IMG/VR virus record: IMGVR_UViG_3300043772_003377
Span: 1-64,000 of that record
DNA length: 64,000 nucleotides
Source of the DNA: a virus
Reading direction: 5' to 3' (one strand)
Positions within the stretch are counted from its first letter, which is position 1, and every line of letters starts with the position of its first letter. A program made the translations under genes and the position numbers. The notes below the pieces were generated by a model that saw nothing but the letters and a program-made list of their open reading frames with translations, did not search any database and had not been told where the DNA came from. Below, piece after piece: positions 16,260 to 26,878 of the stretch.

Positions 16260-19250
16260 ATGGCAATATTAACAAGTAGAATTCAAGCTTCAGGAGTAAC
16301 ATTAGATGATTTAATTCATATAGTTATAACAAGTGATCAATCACAAAATCCTGCTGGTTCATCATATAAAGCAACTATAGGTCAAGTTTTTGATTCGTTA
16401 TCGTCTTACACATTTACAAATTTATCTGTTAATGGGAATTTAAATGTTTCAGGGAATACAATATTAAATAACGTTATTACAAATACTTTATCGGCAACAA
16501 CTTATTTAGGTTTACCTGGGGATATTTTTATAACAGGCGGTACTTTCGATAAAAATACGGAAACATTAACTTTAGATAGTAGTAGCGGATCTCCAATAAC
16601 AATTACAGGGTTTACCGATACCTATGTTACAGGTTTTACATATGATGATGCAAACACAATAACATTATCACAAAGTAATGGTCAAAGTAGTGGTGTTACA
16701 TTAAATACTTTTACAGGGTTAACTATAAACGGGGGATTAAGTGCAACGAGTATTTCGGCAGACACTTATTATAATTTACCACCATTTACAGGGACAAATT
16801 TTATTAATATCACATATGACGAACTTTACACTAAAGTTACAACAGATTTATTAGAACCAAATAGGTGGTATAGATTAACTGATTATAGGTCGGTGAATTA
16901 TTTGAATGGGTGGAAAACTGCTATTGATAACCCGACTCCAAACTTTCCAAGTTTTATCCCACAAGAATTATACACAGGAAGTACTGAAGTTTTATTGTTA
17001 CAATCAATAACAACAAATAAAATATCACCAATAGGATATTCAGAGACATATCCACAAGATATAATTCAATATTCTGTAACGGGTAACCCATATAGTTTGT
17101 CTTATGGTTCATCATTTGGATGGATAACAAGAAGAATTGATACAGAAAAAAATGTGGATGTCCCATTTGATTTTAGGGGAAGAAAATATAGAAGATTTGA
17201 GGTTGAAATATTTGGTAATATATCATCTTTTAGTGCATCGAGTTCTTATATTGGTACATCAAATACTAAGTATGGTAATATTGGAGGAGTACAATCATCG
17301 GGTACGAGCATTGCCACATTTAATTTCACAATAATTAGTGGTTCTCCCGTAACAACAAGTCCAATATCAGTAGTATATCCTGGAAAATATTTTAAAATTG
17401 GTGATACTATAACAATAGATGGGGGTAATATTGGTGGTAGTTCTGGTTCAGATGATGTTACAATAACGGTAACCGGAATTTATTCTAATATAGGTTATTG
17501 GTGTATTGGTGACCAATTAGGGTCACAAATAAGTACTGGTAATTATCAAGATTATGACGTATTTAATGATTACCCAAATACATATAACATTAAATGGTTT
17601 GATATCGGTGACGTTGAAGCGTTGTCATTAGGTAATCCGTTTGGATTGAGTGATAATGTTGTTTTTAAAGGATTTACTTATAATAATATTATTGGTAGTA
17701 ATTTTTATAACAACACTTTTGGAGATAATAACTATTCAAACACTTTTGGAGATAATAACTATTCAAACACTTTTGGAGATAATAACTATTCAAACACTTT
17801 TGTAGATAATAACCAGTCAAATACTTTTGGTAACAACAATATTAAAAACGTATTTGGGAATTTTAATACTTTAAACATTTTTTGGGAAGATTACTATTCA
17901 AATACTTTTGGTGATAATAACATTAGAAATAGTTTTGGAAGTGATAACACTTCAATCATATTCGGTAATTTTAATTCCGACATTAGTTTTGGAGATAGTA
18001 ACTCTTCAATTGTATTTGGTGACAGTAATAGCAGAAGTAGTTTTGGAGAATTTAATCGTAAAAACACTTTTGGTAATGGTAATAGTTTTAATGATTTTGG
18101 AGATAATAACACATTAAATACTTTTGGGGATAATAACACATTAAATACTTTTGGAGACGGTAATGCCTCACACATTTTTGGGGATAATAACTCTTCAAAC
18201 ATTTTTGATAATGATAGTGTATCAAACATTTTTGGGAATTTTAACATTTTAAACACTTTTGGTGGTAGTAGTGTCAATATCACTTTTGGGAATGGGAACG
18301 AATCAAACACTTTTGGGATTAGTAATACCAATATTATTTTTGGGAATAGTAATAATAAAATCATTTTTGGAAATGATAACACTCGAAACACTTTTGGAGA
18401 CGAGAACTCCAATAACACTTTTGGACGTAGTAATTCCAATAACACTTTTGGAAACGAGAACTCGGACAACACTTTTGGAGACGAGAACTCCAATAACACT
18501 TTTTTGAACGGTAATTATGAAAATACATTTGGGAATAGCAACAATTCAAACACTTTTTTGAACGGTAATTATGAAAATACATTTGGGAATAGCAACAATT
18601 CAAACACTTTTTTGAACGGTAATTATGAAAATACATTTGGGAATAGTAACTCCAATAACACTTTTGGAAACGATAATTATCAAAATACATTTGGTGATGG
18701 TAATTCTTACAACTATTTTGGTGACGGTAATAACATAAATTATTTTAACAACAATAATAATTCAAACATTTTTGGGGACGGCAATTATTCATTTTTTTAT
18801 TATCAAAATGATAACAATTCAAACACTTTTGGGAATAACAATTATTTAATGTCTTTTGGTTCTGGATGTACCTCAAACACTTTTGGGGATTATAATACGG
18901 ATGTTAGTTTTGGATACGACTGTCATTCAAACATAATTGGAAATTATAACAACATAAATTATTTCCTTGATAACAATTCTTCAAATATTTTAGGTAATTA
19001 CAATGAATTAAGCACCTTTGGTTATGATAATGTTTTAAACAATTTTGGTTCATATAATAACGGAAACACATACGGTGATAATATGAAATTAAATAATTTT
19101 AAGGTATCTGTGTCAGGTACAAACTTCACATTAGCGACTCACGTAAAAGGTAACTACAATTGTGAAATATTTTCAAACTTTACTGGTGGAACCAAATTAA
19201 GTTACTACAACGCGTCAAACGTATTAACAATAACAGATATAACATCCTAA
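16260..19250 (+). CDS. Fibre/spike-like protein with 9-aa NTFGDNNxx beta-solenoid repeats
   Basis: Dozens of N(T/I)FG(D/N)xN repeats; paralogous to 47512-50454. Confidence 0.75.
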   Translation: MAILTSRIQASGVTLDDLIHIVITSDQSQNPAGSSYKATIGQVFDSLSSYTFTNLSVNGNLNVSGNTILNNVITNTLSATTYLGLPGDIFITGGTFDKNTETLTLDSSSGSPITITGFTDTYVTGFTYDDANTITLSQSNGQSSGVTLNTFTGLTINGGLSATSISADTYYNLPPFTGTNFINITYDELYTKVTTDLLEPNRWYRLTDYRSVNYLNGWKTAIDNPTPNFPSFIPQELYTGSTEVLLLQSITTNKISPIGYSETYPQDIIQYSVTGNPYSLSYGSSFGWITRRIDTEKNVDVPFDFRGRKYRRFEVEIFGNISSFSASSSYIGTSNTKYGNIGGVQSSGTSIATFNFTIISGSPVTTSPISVVYPGKYFKIGDTITIDGGNIGGSSGSDDVTITVTGIYSNIGYWCIGDQLGSQISTGNYQDYDVFNDYPNTYNIKWFDIGDVEALSLGNPFGLSDNVVFKGFTYNNIIGSNFYNNTFGDNNYSNTFGDNNYSNTFGDNNYSNTFVDNNQSNTFGNNNIKNVFGNFNTLNIFWEDYYSNTFGDNNIRNSFGSDNTSIIFGNFNSDISFGDSNSSIVFGDSNSRSSFGEFNRKNTFGNGNSFNDFGDNNTLNTFGDNNTLNTFGDGNASHIFGDNNSSNIFDNDSVSNIFGNFNILNTFGGSSVNITFGNGNESNTFGISNTNIIFGNSNNKIIFGNDNTRNTFGDENSNNTFGRSNSNNTFGNENSDNTFGDENSNNTFLNGNYENTFGNSNNSNTFLNGNYENTFGNSNNSNTFLNGNYENTFGNSNSNNTFGNDNYQNTFGDGNSYNYFGDGNNINYFNNNNNSNIFGDGNYSFFYYQNDNNSNTFGNNNYLMSFGSGCTSNTFGDYNTDVSFGYDCHSNIIGNYNNINYFLDNNSSNILGNYNELSTFGYDNVLNNFGSYNNGNTYGDNMKLNNFKVSVSGTNFTLATHVKGNYNCEIFSNFTGGTKLSYYNASNVLTITDITS
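17712..17819 (+). repeat. 27-bp coding tandem repeat (three identical copies plus one degenerate)
   Basis: AACACTTTTGGAGATAATAACTATTCA repeated. Confidence 0.9.
18495..18656 (+). repeat. 54-bp coding tandem repeat (about three copies)
   Basis: AACACTTTTTTGAACGGTAATTATGAAAATACATTTGGGAATAGCAACAATTCA repeated. Confidence 0.9.
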
Positions 19251-19255
19251 ACACT

Positions 19256-21943
19256 ATGGATATAAAATACATAATAGACAATAACGATAACTCCTTAACA
19301 AATCAATTTGTTAATGGTGGATTAAGTGCAACGAGTATTTCGGCAGACACTTATTATAATTTACCAACTTTTACAGGTAACACTTCTGGTGATTGTATAA
19401 TAGATTTATATGTTAGTAATGTTAATTCTTGTTCACCATTACACATTCAACCATTAAATACTGGTGATGTTTATATTGGTGAAAATGGGGGGGTTAATGT
19501 AGGTATTGGAACAAGTTCACCATCTAGAGTTTTAGATAGTAGAGGTACTTTTAATCTACAACCAAGTACTAACACTTTTTTAAGATTTGATGGTACAATT
19601 ATGGAGGCTCAAGTTGGTAGTTCTAATAATCAATTGACTTTAAACAGAGATAACTTCGGAATTACCGATTTAAAAGGTAGTGGTGGGGTTATCGTATCCA
19701 ATCCAACATATTCAAATTCATTAAGTATAGGTACTAATACGATTTTAAGGGAAAATGATAAAATAGTATTTTCTAGTAGTGACAATTTTGTTAGGGGATG
19801 GTGGGATATACAAAATAGTAAATTTAGAGTTGGTGGTGGCGGATATTCACCGGTCTACTCCTCAACCACAGAAACATTTGAAGTTGTCGGTACGTCTAAA
19901 GTAACTGGAAATGTCGGTATTGGTATAACGGGTTCAACTGATTCAACATCAAGACTACAAATTAAAGGTTCAGATTCTTCATCATCAAACTATGGATTAA
20001 AAGTCCAAAATAGTGGTGGAACAGATAATTTAGTTGTTAGAAATGATGGTAATATTGGTATTAATACTTCAAATCCAAATTATCAATTAGAAGTTTTACC
20101 TAAAGATTTAACAGGTACAACAAATGTGGTTATTAGGAATACCAGTACATCACCAAATTGGGCACCAGTTGGACTTTCTGTCATCAACGGGTCTAATCAT
20201 GGGGTTGGTATGTCAACATCATCAAATGGTGTGGATACACAATTAAATATTAATTCCGGTATATATTCACAATTAACACATTCAGTTAACGGTACATCTG
20301 TCGCTGAATTAGGTACTGCTGGTGATTATTTGTTATGGAGATTACCCAATACTTTTGATTTTAGAAAAAGGTCAAATAATTATACTTGGTTAAGATTTGA
20401 TTCTTTAAATCAAAATCTTTCTATTTTTAATGAGACGGGTTCTCCTCCATCAATCAATTCCAAATTGGGTGTTAGAGGTTCAGATTCTTCATCATCAAAT
20501 TACGGTTTAAAAGTTCAAGATAGTGGTGGTACTGATAATTTGGTTGTTAGAAATGATGGTTTAATAACTGTTAATGATGTTACAAATGGTAGTGACAGTA
20601 GTAATACTGTAAGATTTTATCAAACCATACCTACAACCGGAACTTATAACTACGGATTTTATTCTTCAGGTGCACCCAATGTCGCGAACTTCGGGGCAGT
20701 TGGTAATACATCCAGAACACATTTTTATTCAAGTGAAAGTCAAAAAACCGCTTATGAAGCGGATATGGCTGCGACGGTTTCTTCACCATTTAGAGTAGGA
20801 TTCAACGCAAGTATTGTTGGCACTAATACCGGAGGTACTAATGTTGCGTTATATTCTGATGTAAGAAATGGTGTTAGTAATTATACCATTTATTCTGTTA
20901 ACGGAGATTCGTTTTTTAATAAAACTTCAATGTTATTGAATGGTAAGACGAATGGAACAGACCCAATTTTATCATTGAACAATCTTACAGGAACAACATT
21001 GTTTTATGTTAGGAATGATGGTAATGTTGGTGTTGGGACAAGTACTCCTAATGCGAAGTTACATATTAATAATATTACAACTGGTAATACCGTATTATTT
21101 GAGGATGATACTAGTCCTGACCCTTCACCATTTGTTATTGATAATGGTGGTAAAGTTGGTGTTGGAACTACAACCCCATCAGAAAAATTAGAAGTTAATA
21201 ATGGTTTTATAAAAACAAATCAAGGAGTTATTGTTGATGGAGGGACTTTTTATGGATTAAGATTTAATGGTAGTGGTAATAGTAGATTTGCAATCGATAA
21301 CTCATATAAATTAAATGCCGCCTTTACAGAAGGATTTAAATTTACTAATGGTGTTTACGACTTTTTTAATTACGACCAAAGCGGTTTTGGAGACACGTTC
21401 CAAATTGGTAATGGTTTAATAAAAGGTAGAACCACAGGTACTACGGATGTTTATTTAGGGATTAATGTTTTAGGTACACCTTCATCAACATTGGAGGTTA
21501 ACGGTAAAACAAAAACAACGACTTTGCAAGTAACATCAGGTTCACCACAAGTAGGTTATGTCTTAACCGCAACCGATACTGACGGTAATATGAGTTGGGA
21601 CTCTCTAGTTGACTCTTTTTATGTTGAACCTTCATCAACCGCCGTAACTTGGAACGTAAGTGGCAATAGTTCAAATTATAAATTAACCTTAACTGCGAAC
21701 ACGACCTTAAATTTAAATAATGTTAGAAATGGTGACTACGGTACAATAATTTTAACACAAGATTCTGGAGGAAACAAAACGGTAACTTTAGGAACTGTTA
21801 ATGGAGCTGCCGCAACACATAAAGTTGTTAACGGTGGTGCTGGTTTAGTTAGTTTAACCACAACGGCAAACGCAATTGATATTCTATCGTTTACTTATGA
21901 TGGGACAAATATGTATTGGAATAAAGGTTTAAATTACACATAA
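19256..21943 (+). CDS. Tail-fibre-like protein
   Basis: Repeated GNVG(I/V)GT..P...L.V fibre motifs and a C-terminal LTLTANTTL...IILTQDSGG...AIDILSFTYDG domain. Confidence 0.8.
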   Translation: MDIKYIIDNNDNSLTNQFVNGGLSATSISADTYYNLPTFTGNTSGDCIIDLYVSNVNSCSPLHIQPLNTGDVYIGENGGVNVGIGTSSPSRVLDSRGTFNLQPSTNTFLRFDGTIMEAQVGSSNNQLTLNRDNFGITDLKGSGGVIVSNPTYSNSLSIGTNTILRENDKIVFSSSDNFVRGWWDIQNSKFRVGGGGYSPVYSSTTETFEVVGTSKVTGNVGIGITGSTDSTSRLQIKGSDSSSSNYGLKVQNSGGTDNLVVRNDGNIGINTSNPNYQLEVLPKDLTGTTNVVIRNTSTSPNWAPVGLSVINGSNHGVGMSTSSNGVDTQLNINSGIYSQLTHSVNGTSVAELGTAGDYLLWRLPNTFDFRKRSNNYTWLRFDSLNQNLSIFNETGSPPSINSKLGVRGSDSSSSNYGLKVQDSGGTDNLVVRNDGLITVNDVTNGSDSSNTVRFYQTIPTTGTYNYGFYSSGAPNVANFGAVGNTSRTHFYSSESQKTAYEADMAATVSSPFRVGFNASIVGTNTGGTNVALYSDVRNGVSNYTIYSVNGDSFFNKTSMLLNGKTNGTDPILSLNNLTGTTLFYVRNDGNVGVGTSTPNAKLHINNITTGNTVLFEDDTSPDPSPFVIDNGGKVGVGTTTPSEKLEVNNGFIKTNQGVIVDGGTFYGLRFNGSGNSRFAIDNSYKLNAAFTEGFKFTNGVYDFFNYDQSGFGDTFQIGNGLIKGRTTGTTDVYLGINVLGTPSSTLEVNGKTKTTTLQVTSGSPQVGYVLTATDTDGNMSWDSLVDSFYVEPSSTAVTWNVSGNSSNYKLTLTANTTLNLNNVRNGDYGTIILTQDSGGNKTVTLGTVNGAAATHKVVNGGAGLVSLTTTANAIDILSFTYDGTNMYWNKGLNYT

Positions 21944-21945
21944 TA

Positions 21946-22803
21946 ATGTCTAGGTTATTTTTTAGTTCATTAAGTGGTGTTGATTACGGAGGAAGTATTG
22001 ACCCACTAAGTTTAAACCCAACGGTTTATTTTCAGGTATTTGATACAAGTTATTTAACACCCTCGTCCCCATCATCAGGGGATTCAATTACGGAAATTAG
22101 ACAATATACCGCACAAACGTATACCGCGTCAGGAACAAGTGGATGTGTTGCAACATACGACACAATTTCAAGCCAAGATGTTTTATATTTTCCTGGTGTG
22201 AATGGCGGGTGTTGGCCTCCTCCATGTTCGGGGTCTTGTACCACATACTACTCAACCGACCAAAATATTGGGTTTATGTCTGAAAGTGGTTATTCATTTA
22301 CATTATATTTTGTTGGTAAGCCTTTATCTGGACAAACATCACTTGGACATATTATTTGTGATAATTATATGGCGGCACCTAAACCAAATACTGTACAATA
22401 TTTAACTGTTAAAGATTATAAAAATATATATTTTGTAAGTGAACTTGATGGGTTTGGGGGTAACATATTAGAAATTCCAATAGAAGTTAATTCAACATCA
22501 TTAGATTTAAACTCAAAAGATTTGAGAGTTTTCTCAATTAGAGCTCAGGATACGGGAGATTTAATCTCTACCGCAGCATATTCTTATGTGAACGATATTC
22601 AAACAAGTTCGGTAACTCAAACCAATTTATCTACATTTACAACTCCAAATTCAATCGCCAATTTAGGTGGAATTGATGATGGAGATAGTTTAAATACATA
22701 TAGAGGGTATTTTGGTGAAATAATAATATTTAATGAATTACATACTTTAGATACTCACACAAAAGTAATTAATTTCTTGAAAGAAAGATGGAATATAACA
22801 TAA
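21946..22803 (+). CDS. LamG/ConA-like lectin-fold virion protein (putative)
   Basis: C-terminal YRGYFGEIIIFN.....KVINFLKERWNI pattern; follows the fibre genes. Confidence 0.55.
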   Translation: MSRLFFSSLSGVDYGGSIDPLSLNPTVYFQVFDTSYLTPSSPSSGDSITEIRQYTAQTYTASGTSGCVATYDTISSQDVLYFPGVNGGCWPPPCSGSCTTYYSTDQNIGFMSESGYSFTLYFVGKPLSGQTSLGHIICDNYMAAPKPNTVQYLTVKDYKNIYFVSELDGFGGNILEIPIEVNSTSLDLNSKDLRVFSIRAQDTGDLISTAAYSYVNDIQTSSVTQTNLSTFTTPNSIANLGGIDDGDSLNTYRGYFGEIIIFNELHTLDTHTKVINFLKERWNIT

Positions 22804-22846
22804 TCAAAACTATTTAATTATAGGTATTTATAATTAAAATTACTAC

Positions 22847-24658
22847 ATGGAGAATAACAATAATCAAAATTTAACGGTTTGGCAAAGATTACAAAGGGCT
22901 ATGGGACCTAATGCTTTGTTAAATCAGGATTACCCTGTATATAAGTTCGACAAAGAACAATTACTTAAAACAACGTCAAAGCAAGAATACGAAAGAGAAA
23001 AGTTAGAAGCTCAACAAACCTTCTTTCTATCAAATCAATGGGCAAAAATTGAGAGTAACTTATACACTCAAGCGGTTTATTACGAACCAACGAGATTAGC
23101 ATCATTTTACGACTATGAAAGTATGGAATATACTCCGGAAATATCGGCAGCTTTAGATATTTACGCTGAGGAATCTACAACCGTTAACCAAAATGGTTAT
23201 ATGTTACAGATATATTCTGAATCAAAAAGAATTAAATCCATATTAGCCGACTTATTTAATAATGTTTTAGATCTTAACACCAACTTACCAATGTGGATTA
23301 GAAACACTTGTAAGTATGGTGATAATTTTGTTTATCTTAAACTAGACCCTGAAAAAGGAATAATTGGTTGTATGCAATTACCAAATATTGAGATTGAACG
23401 TTTAGAAAGAGGAATGCCTGCGAAGTCCGCGAGAATGGAAGAACCCCAAGAAAATAAAGGATTGAGATTTAAATGGAAAACTAAAGATATGGAATTTAAT
23501 TCTTGGGAAATTGCTCATTTTAGATTATTAGGTGATGATAGAAAACTTCCATATGGAACATCAATGCTGGAAAAGGCTAGACGTATCTGGAAACAATTAT
23601 TGTTATCTGAAGATGCTATGTTAATTTATAGAACATCGAGAGCCCCTGAAAGACGTGTATTTAAAGTATTTGTTGGTAATATGGACGACAAAGATGTTGA
23701 GCCGTATGTACAACGTGTTGCGAATAAATTCAAAAGAGACCAAGTTGTAGATAAAAATACGGGTAATGTTGATATGAGGTTCAATCAAATGGCGGTCGAC
23801 CAAGATTATTTTATTCCTGTTAGAGACCCGGCCAGTCCAAACCCTATTGAAACATTACCGGGAGCTCAAAATTTAGGAGAAATTGCCGATATTGAATATA
23901 TTCAAAAGAAATTATTAACCGCATTACGTGTTCCTAAAGCCTTCTTAGGGTTTGAAGAACCTGTTGGTGATGGTAAAAATTTATCTTTAATGGACATTAG
24001 ATTTGCTAGAACAATAAATAGAATTCAAAAGTCTATAATATCCGAATTAAACAAAGTTGCAATTATTCATTTATTTTTACTAGGTTTTGAAGATGAGTTA
24101 TCTAATTTTATGTTAGGACTTACAAATCCATCAAAACAAGCCGATTTATTATCGGTTGAAATTTGGAAAGAAAAAATATTGGCGTATAAGGACGCGGTAA
24201 CCGCGGATCAATCAGGTATTGCACCGGTATCGTTCTCTTGGGCTAAGAAACATATTTTAGGATTTTCGGATGAAGAAATTAAACTTGATTTACAACAACA
24301 AAGAATTGAGAGAGCTGTTGGCGCTGAGTTATTAAATTCCGCAACAATAATAACTCACACAGGTATATTCGATAATGTCGATAAATTATATAAACAAGTT
24401 ACAGGAGCAACATCTTCTACCGCAACACCTCCACCTCCACCTGAAGAAGGAGGAGAAATGGGTGGAGGAGCTCCACCGCCACCACCAGAAGCTGGAGGAG
24501 GACCTGGATTAGCCCCGGAGTCAAAATCTAAAAGTAATTTAAATATTTTATTAGAGAGTGATTCATTAATAGGTGACGATTCTTTTATTGATTTATCAAA
24601 AGCGAGAAATTCTTTAGGAGAAATGGAAGAACAATTAAAAAATATACTTAGAGACTGA
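22847..24658 (+). CDS. Portal protein (T4 gp20-like)
   Basis: PEISAALDIY, PYGTSMLEKARRIWKQL.L.EDAMLIYR.SRAPERRVF, IETLPGAQNLGEI.DIEY...KL..AL.VP. Confidence 0.95.
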   Translation: MENNNNQNLTVWQRLQRAMGPNALLNQDYPVYKFDKEQLLKTTSKQEYEREKLEAQQTFFLSNQWAKIESNLYTQAVYYEPTRLASFYDYESMEYTPEISAALDIYAEESTTVNQNGYMLQIYSESKRIKSILADLFNNVLDLNTNLPMWIRNTCKYGDNFVYLKLDPEKGIIGCMQLPNIEIERLERGMPAKSARMEEPQENKGLRFKWKTKDMEFNSWEIAHFRLLGDDRKLPYGTSMLEKARRIWKQLLLSEDAMLIYRTSRAPERRVFKVFVGNMDDKDVEPYVQRVANKFKRDQVVDKNTGNVDMRFNQMAVDQDYFIPVRDPASPNPIETLPGAQNLGEIADIEYIQKKLLTALRVPKAFLGFEEPVGDGKNLSLMDIRFARTINRIQKSIISELNKVAIIHLFLLGFEDELSNFMLGLTNPSKQADLLSVEIWKEKILAYKDAVTADQSGIAPVSFSWAKKHILGFSDEEIKLDLQQQRIERAVGAELLNSATIITHTGIFDNVDKLYKQVTGATSSTATPPPPPEEGGEMGGGAPPPPPEAGGGPGLAPESKSKSNLNILLESDSLIGDDSFIDLSKARNSLGEMEEQLKNILRD

Positions 24659-24681
24659 TATTTATAATAAAAAATAATAAA

Positions 24682-25365
24682 ATGAGATTCGGAATTATAA
24701 AATCAAAAATAGAAAAAGTGTTATTAGAGTCATATTCAAAAAACACTTTTAAAGAAGAAATTAAAAAATTTAATTCTTTAGTATTAGAAAATAAAAATAT
24801 AAGTAAACTTTTTTATTTATATGATGATTTAAGTTCAAATAAAGGACTGACTGAAAACGTTGCTAAAGATTATATTAATGAATCTATTAAAATTTATGAA
24901 AACACTTTAAATAAAATAAAAGAAAGTGATTTTATTAAAATTAATGAATGGGTTAATAATGTAAAAACAAATATTAGCATTCTCAATTTAGAATCAAATA
25001 TTAAAAGTAAAAATATTATAGTTGAGGGTCTTACAAAATCCGAAGAAAAACCTAAAGAGGTTTTAAATATACCAATAAAATCAATGATTAATATTGCAAA
25101 TAAAACTTTTGCAAATTATGTTGGGTCTTTAAATGAATCGGAACAAAAAGAATTAAAATCTTTATTACAGGAAAGTGATGACTCATTATCATTAAAATAT
25201 GATTTGATTAAAGAATCTGTAATAGAGAAATTAAATGGAATAAAATCAAGTGAAAATGATGAATCGGTTTCATCAAAAATTGATGAAACTATAGAAAAGG
25301 TTAATTCCGAAAAGTATAATAAAATTAATTACGTTAGACTAAAATCTTTAAAAGAAAATCTTTAA
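24682..25365 (+). CDS. Hypothetical head-module protein
   Basis: ORF after the portal with TATTTATA upstream (24659). Confidence 0.75.
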   Translation: MRFGIIKSKIEKVLLESYSKNTFKEEIKKFNSLVLENKNISKLFYLYDDLSSNKGLTENVAKDYINESIKIYENTLNKIKESDFIKINEWVNNVKTNISILNLESNIKSKNIIVEGLTKSEEKPKEVLNIPIKSMINIANKTFANYVGSLNESEQKELKSLLQESDDSLSLKYDLIKESVIEKLNGIKSSENDESVSSKIDETIEKVNSEKYNKINYVRLKSLKENL

Positions 25366-25553
25366 TCGTTTGATTTAAATTTTTTCTGAACGTACTGAGC
25401 TTTTTTAATCTGTTCTCTAATATGGACAGATTTTTTTTTGTGTTCTTTTCTGTCTATTAGTTCTGATTGTTGTCTTGTCTTAATTACTTTACTCTTGTAA
25501 ATTTTTAAAGCCTTCTCTAACGGCATATTATTATTTAATTTTACAATTATCAT
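25362..25553 (-). CDS. rpsU: Ribosomal protein bS21
   Basis: 63 aa with LEKALK.YK.KV.KT....EL..RK...K.SV..R.QI.KA.Y.Q, a Bacteroidota-type bS21 pattern. Confidence 0.88.
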   Translation of the reverse strand: MIIVKLNNNMPLEKALKIYKSKVIKTRQQSELIDRKEHKKKSVHIREQIKKAQYVQKKFKSND

Positions 25554-25648
25554 ATTGTTATATATATCTTGTTTATCTGAATTTTTTTTGACTATGGTAT
25601 TAAATATACTTATTATTTTTTAAAATAAACTAAAAAAAATGAAAACGA

Positions 25649-26104
25649 ATGAAAAAAGGGAAAACCTCAAAAATTCAGGGGTTTAAGAGTATGAAGGTTA
25701 TGTACGGAACCGTTGACTCTGTTAATTTTAAATCCATCTATCTAAACATTCAAACTTGGGTAACACCAATAAAAGAAAGTGAAAATTGGTCAAGGATCGT
25801 CTTAAATATGTCAAGACAAATAAAACATTTAATTTTTGAGTTACTCGATAGAGAAGTATTTGAAGAGAGTTTTATTGTCGATTTAGATTTAAGGTCTAGC
25901 GGTATAACACAAGGAAAAAAATCTTTTATGAGTTTAGAAATTAATTTTTACCTTAAAAAAACAGAATTAGATTTTAAATCATCTTACTTTAAAAACTACT
26001 TTAAGAAAATGTCAAAAGATATTAATAGTTTTGTATTTTCAAAAACAGATTACTTTGAATATAGTCTTTCCAAATCAAAAAAAGAATTAATTAAACAAAG
26101 TTAA
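25649..26104 (+). CDS. Hypothetical protein
   Basis: ORF divergent from rpsU; TTGACT-N17-TATTAT upstream. Confidence 0.75.
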   Translation: MKKGKTSKIQGFKSMKVMYGTVDSVNFKSIYLNIQTWVTPIKESENWSRIVLNMSRQIKHLIFELLDREVFEESFIVDLDLRSSGITQGKKSFMSLEINFYLKKTELDFKSSYFKNYFKKMSKDINSFVFSKTDYFEYSLSKSKKELIKQS

Positions 26105-26152
26105 ACTATCAAGTATTTATATAGTATATTAACTTTAAAAAAAGTTTAAATC

Positions 26153-26869
26153 ATGCACATAAATACAAAAAATGAATTAGGTAAAAAATTAATTCTTATT
26201 GAGGCTGATGCCGGATACATCTCACCTAATGACGTAAATAATAAATATATTATGGAGTCTAAACAGATGTTGGATCATTCAAAACCATTTGAGTTTTATG
26301 CTGTTTTACAAAAGTACAATACTCCAAATAGAAATGGTAGAATTTATCCTGAGAAAATATTAAAAAGAGAAGCGGAAAATTATAAAAAGATGATTGAGAA
26401 AGGAACTTCTTTATCGGAGTTAAACCATCCTGAATCATCTTTAATTGACTTGGATAGAGTGTCTCACATAATTACTGAAGTATGGTGGGATGGGCCTGTT
26501 CTTATGGGTAAATTAAAACTTTTAACATCACCAGGATTTCACGAAAGAGGAATTGTATCAACTAAAGGGGATATGGCTGCCAATTACCTAAGACAAGGAG
26601 TAACACTTGGAATTTCTTCAAGAGGGGTTGGTTCACTTAAAAAAGTTGGAGAGCAAAACGAAGTTCAAGATGATTTTGAATTAATCTGTTTTGATTTGGT
26701 TTCATCTCCATCAACACCTGGTGCTTATTTATTCTTGGATAAGAATGATAGATTTAAATTTGAAGAGAATATTGAAGAAGAACAAAAATTAAGAGATACA
26801 AAAAATCTTGGAGTAAACGACAAAACAATTGACTTAATGAAAAAATTATCCCATTTTTTGGATAAATAA
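26153..26869 (+). CDS. Prohead core protease (T4 gp21-like)
   Basis: NRNGRIYP, ELNHPE, VSH, GISSRG.GSL, FDLVS.PSTPGAY. Confidence 0.95.
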   Translation: MHINTKNELGKKLILIEADAGYISPNDVNNKYIMESKQMLDHSKPFEFYAVLQKYNTPNRNGRIYPEKILKREAENYKKMIEKGTSLSELNHPESSLIDLDRVSHIITEVWWDGPVLMGKLKLLTSPGFHERGIVSTKGDMAANYLRQGVTLGISSRGVGSLKKVGEQNEVQDDFELICFDLVSSPSTPGAYLFLDKNDRFKFEENIEEEQKLRDTKNLGVNDKTIDLMKKLSHFLDK

Positions 26870-26878
26870 TTAAGTTAA

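Noticed and set aside
17700-19100. AAC/AAT-rich repeats as a CRISPR array or DGR template
   Set aside because: The repeats are in-frame 27/54-bp coding units without unique spacers. No reverse transcriptase or adenine-only-mismatch repeat pair was seen.
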